A stretch of 43,472 nt of DNA, from contig CALLBH010000154.1 of assembly GCA_938001945.1 (NCBI GenBank), positions 1 through 43,472 on the forward strand, given 5' to 3'. This DNA comes from an uncultured Robiginitomaculum sp. GTDB lineage: Bacteria; Pseudomonadota; Alphaproteobacteria; Caulobacterales; Maricaulaceae. The stretch's first letter is position 1, and every line of letters starts with the position of its first letter. Positions 32,653-40,968 of this stretch are shown piece after piece. The notes beneath the pieces are model-generated. The model saw only the letters and a list, made by a program, of their open reading frames with translations, did no database searches and was not told where the DNA came from. The position numbers and the translations under genes are program-made.

Positions 32653-33492
32653 ATGAATAAGGCACTCCTAAGACTTACCCTAACTAGCTTGGCTGCGCTC
32701 GCGGGCGCGGTACCGGCTTCGGCTAGTTTTTTGGATAGTGATTTCTGGTGTCGCACCTATGGCTGCGCGGTTGTCTATGACAGCCAGTCCTATGAGATTT
32801 ACGATAATTATCAATTCGCGACAGGTCGGTGCTGCATCGCTTACGGCTCGCCTATGCCGACATATTATAACCCTATTCAATCTTTGCGGACAACGGGCAC
32901 TACAGACATACCCGACGCAGCCCCGCAAGACGGTGAAGGCTTTGGGTTTGACATTATTGATGGGTCGCAAGTCCTGACCCGTAATGATGATGGCGACGGC
33001 TATCTTGATGCATCGGACAGTTTCTCTGCGTTCACGCTCTCTAGTGAAACAGATCTTCGACTGGACGCCAAAGGCCAAGCCTACAGCCACAGTTTTTGGA
33101 TCACATCGCGCAATACGCGTTTTTCTCTGCGCGCGCGCGCAAGCATCAGTGACGTCTCAGGTGATTTTGCGAACACACTGACACTCGGCGACATCAAACT
33201 TGATACAAATGTCTCGACCTCCGGTAACGACAATGGGTTTCAATATGGATCTGACGCCACAGGACAGAACGTAACCATATTAAATGGCATTGACGATCTC
33301 GGCGATCTGGCAAGCAATCCAACGCGCCTCATTAATTTTGGTCGTTTCTCTGGCGTACGCACGCGTAATGGAGATTTAGCGGATCAAACAATCCGCATCG
33401 ATTTCAACTACCGCATGCCCGATTACGACATGTCCATGGGGATTGGCGAAATGAATGTCGACGTGGTTTTTGATTTTTACCGCGAGCGGTAG
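32653..33492 (+). CDS. Secreted paralog of the 30744 protein; putative minor/tip subunit
   Basis: Signal peptide ending ASA; colinear conserved blocks shared with the 30744 protein; four Cys near the mature N-terminus. Confidence 0.6.
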   Translation: MNKALLRLTLTSLAALAGAVPASASFLDSDFWCRTYGCAVVYDSQSYEIYDNYQFATGRCCIAYGSPMPTYYNPIQSLRTTGTTDIPDAAPQDGEGFGFDIIDGSQVLTRNDDGDGYLDASDSFSAFTLSSETDLRLDAKGQAYSHSFWITSRNTRFSLRARASISDVSGDFANTLTLGDIKLDTNVSTSGNDNGFQYGSDATGQNVTILNGIDDLGDLASNPTRLINFGRFSGVRTRNGDLADQTIRIDFNYRMPDYDMSMGIGEMNVDVVFDFYRER

Positions 33493-33497
33493 ATCAC

Positions 33498-34088
33498 CTA
33501 CTCCGGTGTCTTCACAGCTATGCTGTAGACATGATTTTCAGGATATTGATCTCGCTCTAAGTGAACAGGCTCTAGCCCGTAGCCCATCAAGATATTCAGA
33601 TTTTCTGAAATTCCAATCGAGCTATACTCAAATTCGTGCCCGCGCCAATGATCCACATGACAACCAATGGCATCGCCAAAACTATGCATCAACACGCCGC
33701 CTGAATTAAGCAAGCTACAGAGCTTAGCCAATACAGGTTTTTGATCGCGCAACGGTAAATGAAACAAACTATCCCACGCCAAAATGAAGTCGAATGTATC
33801 AACAGCCTTCCACTGTTGAATTTCACTATGATGGAATACTGCATCAGGATGATGAGTTCTCGCGCGCTTTATCATCTTTATTGAGGCATCAATGCCCGTC
33901 ACCTCAAACCCGCGCGTCTCTAATCTCTTTATGAACCGCCCGCCACTGCCGCAGCCCACATCAAGCGCTTTACCTGACGACGTTGCGTAACTTAGAGCTC
34001 GCTCAAATTGCGGCACACCATAATCGGAATCGAAATGTTGCTCCGTCCAGAACGGCGCGATGTCGTCATATTTTAGACCAATATCCAT
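33498..34088 (-). CDS. Class I SAM-dependent methyltransferase
   Basis: ALDVGCGSG, VTGIDAS, FDFILAWDSLFHL, LNSGG. ATG at 34088 preferred over the TTG at 34115. Confidence 0.85.
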   Translation of the reverse strand: MDIGLKYDDIAPFWTEQHFDSDYGVPQFERALSYATSSGKALDVGCGSGGRFIKRLETRGFEVTGIDASIKMIKRARTHHPDAVFHHSEIQQWKAVDTFDFILAWDSLFHLPLRDQKPVLAKLCSLLNSGGVLMHSFGDAIGCHVDHWRGHEFEYSSIGISENLNILMGYGLEPVHLERDQYPENHVYSIAVKTPE

Positions 34089-34169
34089 GACGTCTTTTGC
34101 ACTAAAAAACGGCAAGCAGAAAGCCTAATCAAACTAGACAGGCCCGCCTGCGTTTCCTAACTCTTGTCT

Positions 34170-34823
34170 ATGAAAACAACTTACAGACTTACCTGCGCTG
34201 CCCTAACCTGGGTCACAATACTCGTTCAATATTGGATCATGGTCCAAAGCGGTGAATTTGGCAGTTTTGGCGCGGCGACCCTGACCTATCTGGGTTACTT
34301 TACGGTGCTGACCAATATACTAGCCGGTATAGCCTTTGCGACGCCGCTGCTTAACTCGGGAAATAAACTGCGCGAGTTCTTTGATCGCCAAGCCGTACGC
34401 GCGGCAATTGCGCTCTATATCCTTATTGTCATGGTCGTCTATTGGGCTTTGCTGGCCAGCATTCATAATCCAACAGGCATCTCAGCGATCGCAAATATCG
34501 GCCTGCATCTCGTGATTCCAATCCTGTTTATTTGCGACTGGCTGTTCTTCTCAGCCAAAGGAAATATGTCTTACAAACATCTGCCTTATTGGACGATCTA
34601 CCCCGTGCTTTACGGCGTTTTCAATATCGTCAGAGGCTTGATGACGGGCTTCTATCCCTACCCGTTTTTGAACGTTGATGAGCTGGGCTATGGCGGCGTA
34701 TTTATTAATATGCTCGGCTTTATGTCGATTTATATTTTTGGCGGTGCGGCCTTCATCACTATTGGATGGTTCTTGTCGGCTCGGAAGGAAAAGACAAAGC
34801 TAACCGTCAGCGAGTTTGACTAA
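34170..34823 (+). CDS. Pr6Pr/FAR-17a/AIG1-like membrane protein
   Basis: About six TM helices; YFTVLTN, a conserved His in GLHLVIP..DW, and GFYPYPFL. Confidence 0.78.
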   Translation: MKTTYRLTCAALTWVTILVQYWIMVQSGEFGSFGAATLTYLGYFTVLTNILAGIAFATPLLNSGNKLREFFDRQAVRAAIALYILIVMVVYWALLASIHNPTGISAIANIGLHLVIPILFICDWLFFSAKGNMSYKHLPYWTIYPVLYGVFNIVRGLMTGFYPYPFLNVDELGYGGVFINMLGFMSIYIFGGAAFITIGWFLSARKEKTKLTVSEFD

Positions 34824-35615
34824 ATAGGCCTGTTTGCGTTTCTCACCCTTCTTTTCCAGATGTGCTGAGATTGGCGCAAGCAAGCTGGGGAATGTCATGA
34901 CGAGCCCGCCTGTGCGGCCATCACCGCGCGGCAGCCATGTTTCCATCTTGCCTTTGTCCATAGCTTTTAATGCCGCTTGAGCAATCACCTTTGGGGGCGT
35001 TGGATCGGCGCTCCCGACAAAATTCATTGGCGATCCGTCGGAGCTTGCCATTTCATCGGCGAGCATCGCCGTATCTACTGCGCCCGGAAATAGGCTGCCC
35101 ACATATACGCCGTGTGATTTAAGCTCCATCGACAAAGCCGCCATGAACCCGCGAAGACCAAATTTTGATGCGGAGTACGCCGCGCTATTTTTAAGCGGCA
35201 CAATACCAGCTAGAGAAATGATAGAGAATATCCGCCCCGCCCCGCGCGATTTCATGGCGCGCGCAGCAGCGGCGCACAATATCATCGGCGCCGTGAGATT
35301 GATATCTATATGCGCGCGCAAAACATCATCAGAAATATCGCTCACAGCTTTGGGCACGATAATGCCCGCATTATTGATCACCAAATCAATAGGATTATCT
35401 GTGCTTTCTATGCGCGCGCAAAGCACAGCAAGATCATCACGGCTTGTCAGATCCCCTACAATGCACTCCGCGCCGCCGCCAATGCGCTTTGCAATCTGGC
35501 CTAATGCAGCGCTGTCACGATCCGTAAGCACAAGACTATAACCCGCATCCAAAAGCTCTTGCGCCAGCGCCTGCCCTACGCCGCCTGCGGCGCCCGTTAC
35601 TAATGCCGTTTTCAT
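34800..35615 (-). CDS. Short-chain dehydrogenase/reductase
   Basis: TGAAGGVG, NNAG, YSASK (YxxxK); ATGA overlap with the upstream FMO gene. Confidence 0.9.
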   Translation of the reverse strand: MKTALVTGAAGGVGQALAQELLDAGYSLVLTDRDSAALGQIAKRIGGGAECIVGDLTSRDDLAVLCARIESTDNPIDLVINNAGIIVPKAVSDISDDVLRAHIDINLTAPMILCAAAARAMKSRGAGRIFSIISLAGIVPLKNSAAYSASKFGLRGFMAALSMELKSHGVYVGSLFPGAVDTAMLADEMASSDGSPMNFVGSADPTPPKVIAQAALKAMDKGKMETWLPRGDGRTGGLVMTFPSLLAPISAHLEKKGEKRKQAYLVKLADG

Positions 35616-36964
35616 TCTGCGGCCTCCAATAGCGGCGCTTTGCGAATAGCATCAAAATGTCCGTCACCAATCGCGTCCCATTTCATGTGTTTACGCAGCG
35701 CGCCCAGTTCCCGGCGCATAGCGTCAAGATTTACATATGTTGCATGACGATCACTGGCCACGTATTTTACGCCGCCAGTTAGTTTCGGCTGGTGGCTCGC
35801 TATGCGGTTTTGCAGGCGCTCCCAGCTGGCCACATCATCGCGCTGCGCGATGATTGTGCGGCCAATCATATCGGCCATTTCATCGAATAATTTGTAAATC
35901 CCGCCATTGGTTTCCGTAAAGCCAAGGGAGAACAATTGCGGGTTCGCCGCAGAATACATGTGAAGGTAATTATCGGGACGGCTGCCTTTCCAAGAGAAAT
36001 GTTTTGGATCAACATAGGGAACTTTCCAGTCATATCCTGTAGCGCACAGCACAATATCAATCTGCTCGCGGCTACCATCCTTAAAGACAACATCCGAACC
36101 TTCGAGGCGCTCAACATCGCCTTTTGCGCGAATATCGCCATGCCCCAAATAATGCAGAAGCTGCGTGTTCATGATGGGGTGGCTTTCGAAAATCTTGTGA
36201 TCAGGCTTCGGCAATCCCAAGCGGCTAATATCCCCATTGATTAAGCGCAGTAATCCGCCAAATATCTTTTGTGACATCCATAGCGGTAGATGCGGACCTT
36301 CATCGGCAAAGACATCGGCAGGTTTGCCCATAATGTGCTTTGGGATAAAGTGATAACCGCGACGAACGCTTATGAAGGCTTTGTCGGCTGTTGTCGCCGC
36401 GTCGCACGCAATATCGCACCCTGAATTGCCTGCGCCCACGACAAGCACGCGTTGGCCTTTGAACTCATCCATATGGTGGAAGGTTTGGGCGTGACGCACT
36501 TCGCCGTCAAATTCATCACTGGCCCAACTCGGGAGTTTGGGATGCCATGTCGTCCCTGTGACGCATATCAACCAACGGTATTCACGGGTTTCACCTGTGG
36601 ATAGCTCGACCGACCATGTGTCGTCATTAAACTCTGTTTTAGCGACTTCGGTATTAAATGTGATGTGATCGTAAAGACCAAACTCCGACGCAAAGCTGCG
36701 CATATAAGCTAAGATTTGTTTATTCGATGGATAGTCGGGGTAGTCCTCGGGCATGGGATAACCTGAAAAATATGAATGTGTTTTGGACGAAATAAAATGC
36801 GCCGATGCATACATCGGAGAGCCAGGATTTTTTGGATCCCAAATTCCGCCAACATCGCTATGGCGTTCGAATATATCAAAATCGATGCCGCGAAGCTTAA
36901 AGGCTCTCGCAAGGGATAGGCCACCCGGGCCTGCACCAACGATACATACTTTGTTATTGCTCAT
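35612..36964 (-). CDS. Flavin-containing monooxygenase (class B)
   Basis: GAGPGG, GGIW, FMO fingerprint FDGEVRHAQTF (FxGxxxHxxxF), GAGNSG, ATGY. ATG at 36964 follows a GAGGA RBS. Confidence 0.9.
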   Translation of the reverse strand: MSNNKVCIVGAGPGGLSLARAFKLRGIDFDIFERHSDVGGIWDPKNPGSPMYASAHFISSKTHSYFSGYPMPEDYPDYPSNKQILAYMRSFASEFGLYDHITFNTEVAKTEFNDDTWSVELSTGETREYRWLICVTGTTWHPKLPSWASDEFDGEVRHAQTFHHMDEFKGQRVLVVGAGNSGCDIACDAATTADKAFISVRRGYHFIPKHIMGKPADVFADEGPHLPLWMSQKIFGGLLRLINGDISRLGLPKPDHKIFESHPIMNTQLLHYLGHGDIRAKGDVERLEGSDVVFKDGSREQIDIVLCATGYDWKVPYVDPKHFSWKGSRPDNYLHMYSAANPQLFSLGFTETNGGIYKLFDEMADMIGRTIIAQRDDVASWERLQNRIASHQPKLTGGVKYVASDRHATYVNLDAMRRELGALRKHMKWDAIGDGHFDAIRKAPLLEAAE

Positions 36965-36984
36965 GTCATTTTCCTCGCCATATG

Positions 36985-37034
36985 TAATATGAGTGTTGCT
37001 CATGTTATTAAAACGTGATAGTTCCTCATTTTAA
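36985..37034. promoter_or_regulatory. Putative tandem TetR operators in the divergent FMO/tetR intergenic region
   Basis: TAATATGAG-tgttg-CTCATGTTA inverted repeat (8/9), plus a degenerate second copy TGA..GTT.CTCAT 26 bp downstream. Confidence 0.6.
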
Positions 37035-37057
37035 GAATTGCAAGTCAAAAATTATTC

Positions 37058-37687
37058 ATGGAATTTTCCGCTATGACACAAACAATCAATATTCGTAAAA
37101 AACCCGTACAAGCGCGAAGCCGTGCCCGCGTCGATGCGATCCTTAATGCAGCAACCAAAATCATTGCCGAAAATGGAAGCGGCGGCCTTAAAATGAGCGC
37201 CGTCGCTGCGCGAGCAGGCGTTCCAATTGGAACCGTCTATCAATTCTTTCCCAACAAAAATGCGATCATCCACACGCTAGCCCAAGATTCGATGGAGCAA
37301 GTCCGCATTGCGCTAATTGAGAAGTTCGCAGATTTTAAAACTTTGGATGACGCAATAGAAAAAATTGCCCAATCCGTTTTGGAGTATTTCCGGTATTTCC
37401 GGCAAGAGCCCGCTATCCGTGATATTTGGTGCTCCACGCAAGGCGATAAGCTTTTGCAAGAGCTCGACATTGAAGACAGTCGCGTGAACGGGGATATCTT
37501 ATTTGAAAACCTAAAACCGTTCTTTGATCCCACATCCTATGAAGCCCTACAATCAATGTGCTTTCTAAGCATGCAGCTTACGGGCGCCGCTATACGTTTA
37601 GCCATCACCCAAGATACGAAAACCGCGAACCTTATCCTTGAGCAATATATCGCAATGATCCGCGCCCAAATTCGGCATATCCACTAA
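37058..37687 (+). CDS. TetR/AcrR-family transcriptional regulator
   Basis: PVQARSRARVDAIL, HTH region VAARAGVPIGTVYQFFPNK; divergent from the FMO-SDR genes. The start may be 37073. Confidence 0.92.
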   Translation: MEFSAMTQTINIRKKPVQARSRARVDAILNAATKIIAENGSGGLKMSAVAARAGVPIGTVYQFFPNKNAIIHTLAQDSMEQVRIALIEKFADFKTLDDAIEKIAQSVLEYFRYFRQEPAIRDIWCSTQGDKLLQELDIEDSRVNGDILFENLKPFFDPTSYEALQSMCFLSMQLTGAAIRLAITQDTKTANLILEQYIAMIRAQIRHIH

Positions 37688-37690
37688 GTC

Positions 37691-37727
37691 AAAAAAAGAC
37701 GCGGTTGCTATGGTGAGCAACCGCGCC
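37691..37727 (-). terminator. Intrinsic terminator downstream of the usher-like gene
   Basis: Stem CGCGGTTGCT/AGCAACCGCG with a 6-nt loop and a T7 tract on the minus strand. Confidence 0.85.
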
Positions 37728-37743
37728 AAGTTGGTGTTCTATC

Positions 37744-40700
37744 CTAAGGTGAACCGATGAGGACGCCTTCACCCTCATCTGATCCAATATCTGGCGGTGG
37801 GTCGTCTGGCGGAACGTCATCCACACTCGCAAATTCCGTTTCTTTGCCTGCTGGCCGCGCCGCGATACGGGCGCGCGACATTAACTCGCTTGAAGGATCG
37901 AGCGTAAGCGTTACACCCTCACCCGGTATTGCGCCGCTATTATTGGTTTTCACCAAGGTGATCGCATATTCCCCCGCAGGCAGGTCATCAAAGGCATATT
38001 GCCCGAAACTCGTTGTGACAGTTTCGCGAATATCGTCTTCATCAGCAGAGCTAACAAGTTTAAGGCGCGCGCCCTCAAGGCGGGTTTCACCTTTTTCAAA
38101 TTCACCATTCCCATTATCATCGATATAGGCAAAGCCGCGAATTTGGCCGCGCTGCACGACAGGTAAATCAACAGTAGTTATATGTCCGTCGCGTATTGTT
38201 GCGCGCAGCAAAGTCTCATCAGACAATGCGTAACCGAGCGGCAAGCTACGATTATCCAGCGTAATCGTTTTAATCCCGCTTTTGATGTTCTGAATAGTGT
38301 AATAGCCATCACCATCCGTGCGCAGACCGAGTTTACGGCGGCCATCCGTCACGCGAAGCACAACAGCGCGCAAACCCGGCTCATCTTCTTGGCGAACGCC
38401 GTCACGGTTTTTATCGAGGAATGCTCGACCTTTCAAAACGCCGCGGCCGTCTTGAGTACTCGAGAATTTACGCGCTTCATTATAGCGATAACGCCCATCT
38501 AACCGGATACCAAAACGCTGCTCGCCTTGAAGATCGTTTCGGTAGGTCAAACCTAGAGAGAGGTTATCATTCAGGCGCAAACGACGACCTGCATTTAGCG
38601 TGAAATATGTATCAGCCTCGCCGCCCCCTTGCCCGCCAAAGCTTTGCAGTACGCCAAAACTAGCGGTTACGTTGTTTTGCTTACCAAACATTTCGCCAGA
38701 GTCTGCCGTAGCAACCACGCCGCCGCGCAGGAAGCTTGCCTCTGGTGTCCATACAGCATTGACCGATGGTCCAATCGAGACAGTCGCTTCTTTTGGCAGG
38801 GCAAAGTTCTTAGCCTTAAGCGACACCGCAACATCCGCGCGCTGGCGTTTGTCATTATCGCCGCGCTGTGTTTCGCTATATTGCGCGCGCACTGTACCAT
38901 ATTTGAAGTTCTGATAGCTTTGAACCGTCAGGCCATAGCCTTCTTCGTCTTTCTCTGGCTCCGCCACATAATCCTGCGAATACTCAGTGTAACTTGCGGT
39001 AATATAAGTGTTAGTTTTGGCAATCGACGTTGATGCCGTAATGCCCCAATTGTTGAGGTTCACTGCTTCGTCACTGCCCACAGAGACGCCGGATGTGGAG
39101 CGCTGCATCGTTAAGGCCGCGCCAGGGTTTTTGAAAATACCAATATCACGTCGCGCGCTATATTGCAGAGAGGCAGATAGCCCGGCCTGATCTTGGCCTT
39201 CGCGGCGAATATCAGGAATAGTTTCAGTATCACCGCTATCTAGCTGATTTTCTTCAAATCTTGCTAGGCGCTCTTCTAAGGCTTCACGCGAGAGCACAGA
39301 TTTAAGGAACTCAGAGCCATCATAGCTCGCGGTTATATCAAAATCCCAATTCTCGGCAAATTCAATACGCGCCGAACCATTTGCGCGCGCGTCAAATGAC
39401 TTAGCGCGGTCCGGCCCTTTAAAGTATCCAAAGTCCGTGCGGGCATCCCATGTAAAGCCGCCAATTTTCTGGCGCCCCAAACGGCCACTTATCAAAGACA
39501 ACACTACGCGCTGATCTTCGGTCATGTCATCACTAAGCAAGGACAAGCCCGCTTCCCAGCCCTCAGCGTCCGCCCAGCGCACACCTGCCGCTAGCCCGCC
39601 AAAGGTGAAGCGGTTTTGATCGTCGCTAACCTGTTCGCTGCCATTTACGGGCGCGCCAACAGCCAAAGCCCAGCGGCCATGCTCGCTGGACTGCGTCGCG
39701 CTTGCCCCGCGAATACGCCGAACGCCGACCCCGTCAAGTTCACGGTAGTCGGCGGAATAATCCCCAAATGAACCGGACAAGCCGTCCAGCGTTCGATATT
39801 GAAGCGAGCCCCAGCTTGGTTGGAGTTCTCCGCCGCTGGTCGGGAAATCCGGTATCTCATATCGAAGCCGTCCATTTATGCCTTTGGCCCTAAAGTCCAG
39901 TGTAGCTTCGTTGCGAATATCTATCCCGGTGGTAAATGACAGCGTTTCAACGGTGAAAGGCTCATCCTTGGCCAAATCATCAACCCGCTCGCCTGGCGCT
40001 ATCGCGCCAGTTAAGCGCTCATCCAGCGTAATATCGACGCGATCAGAGCCCGGATCCACAGCAATATGTGTTCCGGTCAAGGCTTCAAGCGCGCTAACCG
40101 GCAAGAGTAAATTGGTTTGGTCGATATATGTCGCGTCTTTGCTTATCCCAACGGGGCGGCCCGCATCACGGATAAGACCTGTGGTCAGATTAAGCTCAAA
40201 TTCCGCGCTATCTTGGGCGCGGCGGATGGTGACGGTGGTGCGATCGGGGCTAACCGTCACAAAACCGCCAAGTTCATTAGCGATGGGGATAAGGGGCAAT
40301 AAGAGAACAGGGCCAACCGACTTTGGCGCCGGTTCGGGATTATTGATCCGAATGCCATCAACATAGATTTGAAAGCCTGTCGCGACTTTCAGGCGAGGAT
40401 CGAGTTCAAAATGCAGAATTTTGGCTTCTGCGTCATATTTTGGGCGTGCCCCAGATAAAACGGCAATGGCGTTTGGCGTTAAAGTGATAGAGTTTTCAGT
40501 AACTTCGCCAAATATTCTCAACTTACCAATCGCCTTGCCATTGGCTTTGATGATGCCCGTATCGGTATAAAGCTCCATTTTCACGCCGTCTTGGCTGCGG
40601 TTCACGACCAATGCACCTGTCTCGCCGTTAAATTCATAAGTGTCGTTGAGATAATCCAGTATCGGCTCTGCGCGAACAAAAACGTGGCCATCTTCATTTT

Positions 40701-40959
40701 TGACAACTTGAATACCCGGTAAGTCTTCGCCTTCGATAGTGACGGATAAATCAGGCTCTGGCGTGGCGATTAATTTGTTCTTTATGGGCGCAGGCTTTAT
40801 GGCCTCTGGCGCGCTTTCTGTTTCAACCGCGGCCTTTGGCGAAGTATCGGCTATTTCCTCTGCGCTAATCGCAGCAGGCATAGCAAAGACGAGAACCGCA
40901 AATGCAGCGATCAGCCATGAGCGCAATGCGCTAAACAGTGGAGTGATGCGGGCGCGCAC
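37744..40959 (-). CDS. Large outer-membrane protein, putative atypical fimbrial usher with C-terminal SdrD-B/CnaB-like domains
   Basis: Signal peptide; two N-terminal repeats; a long run of amphipathic beta strands; two C-terminal domains with FLDKNRDG...EPGL and YIDDNGNG...E.RL, and TDGDGYY and TTSFGQYAFDDLPAGEY. The usher role is inferred. Confidence 0.6.
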   Translation of the reverse strand: MRARITPLFSALRSWLIAAFAVLVFAMPAAISAEEIADTSPKAAVETESAPEAIKPAPIKNKLIATPEPDLSVTIEGEDLPGIQVVKNEDGHVFVRAEPILDYLNDTYEFNGETGALVVNRSQDGVKMELYTDTGIIKANGKAIGKLRIFGEVTENSITLTPNAIAVLSGARPKYDAEAKILHFELDPRLKVATGFQIYVDGIRINNPEPAPKSVGPVLLLPLIPIANELGGFVTVSPDRTTVTIRRAQDSAEFELNLTTGLIRDAGRPVGISKDATYIDQTNLLLPVSALEALTGTHIAVDPGSDRVDITLDERLTGAIAPGERVDDLAKDEPFTVETLSFTTGIDIRNEATLDFRAKGINGRLRYEIPDFPTSGGELQPSWGSLQYRTLDGLSGSFGDYSADYRELDGVGVRRIRGASATQSSEHGRWALAVGAPVNGSEQVSDDQNRFTFGGLAAGVRWADAEGWEAGLSLLSDDMTEDQRVVLSLISGRLGRQKIGGFTWDARTDFGYFKGPDRAKSFDARANGSARIEFAENWDFDITASYDGSEFLKSVLSREALEERLARFEENQLDSGDTETIPDIRREGQDQAGLSASLQYSARRDIGIFKNPGAALTMQRSTSGVSVGSDEAVNLNNWGITASTSIAKTNTYITASYTEYSQDYVAEPEKDEEGYGLTVQSYQNFKYGTVRAQYSETQRGDNDKRQRADVAVSLKAKNFALPKEATVSIGPSVNAVWTPEASFLRGGVVATADSGEMFGKQNNVTASFGVLQSFGGQGGGEADTYFTLNAGRRLRLNDNLSLGLTYRNDLQGEQRFGIRLDGRYRYNEARKFSSTQDGRGVLKGRAFLDKNRDGVRQEDEPGLRAVVLRVTDGRRKLGLRTDGDGYYTIQNIKSGIKTITLDNRSLPLGYALSDETLLRATIRDGHITTVDLPVVQRGQIRGFAYIDDNGNGEFEKGETRLEGARLKLVSSADEDDIRETVTTSFGQYAFDDLPAGEYAITLVKTNNSGAIPGEGVTLTLDPSSELMSRARIAARPAGKETEFASVDDVPPDDPPPDIGSDEGEGVLIGSP

Positions 40960-40968
40960 GGCGCGGAC

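Noticed and set aside
30744-33492. Curli, RTX/S-layer or type IV/Tad pilin interpretation of the secreted proteins
   Set aside because: No curlin Q/N repeats, no GGxGxD nonapeptide arrays, no prepilin cleavage motif. Sec signals plus an adjacent Ig-type chaperone fit better.
37744-40959. TonB-dependent receptor or autotransporter
   Set aside because: No TonB-receptor plug signature, and the barrel-like region is followed by two soluble domains and an acidic Pro-rich tail instead of ending in a terminal aromatic strand.
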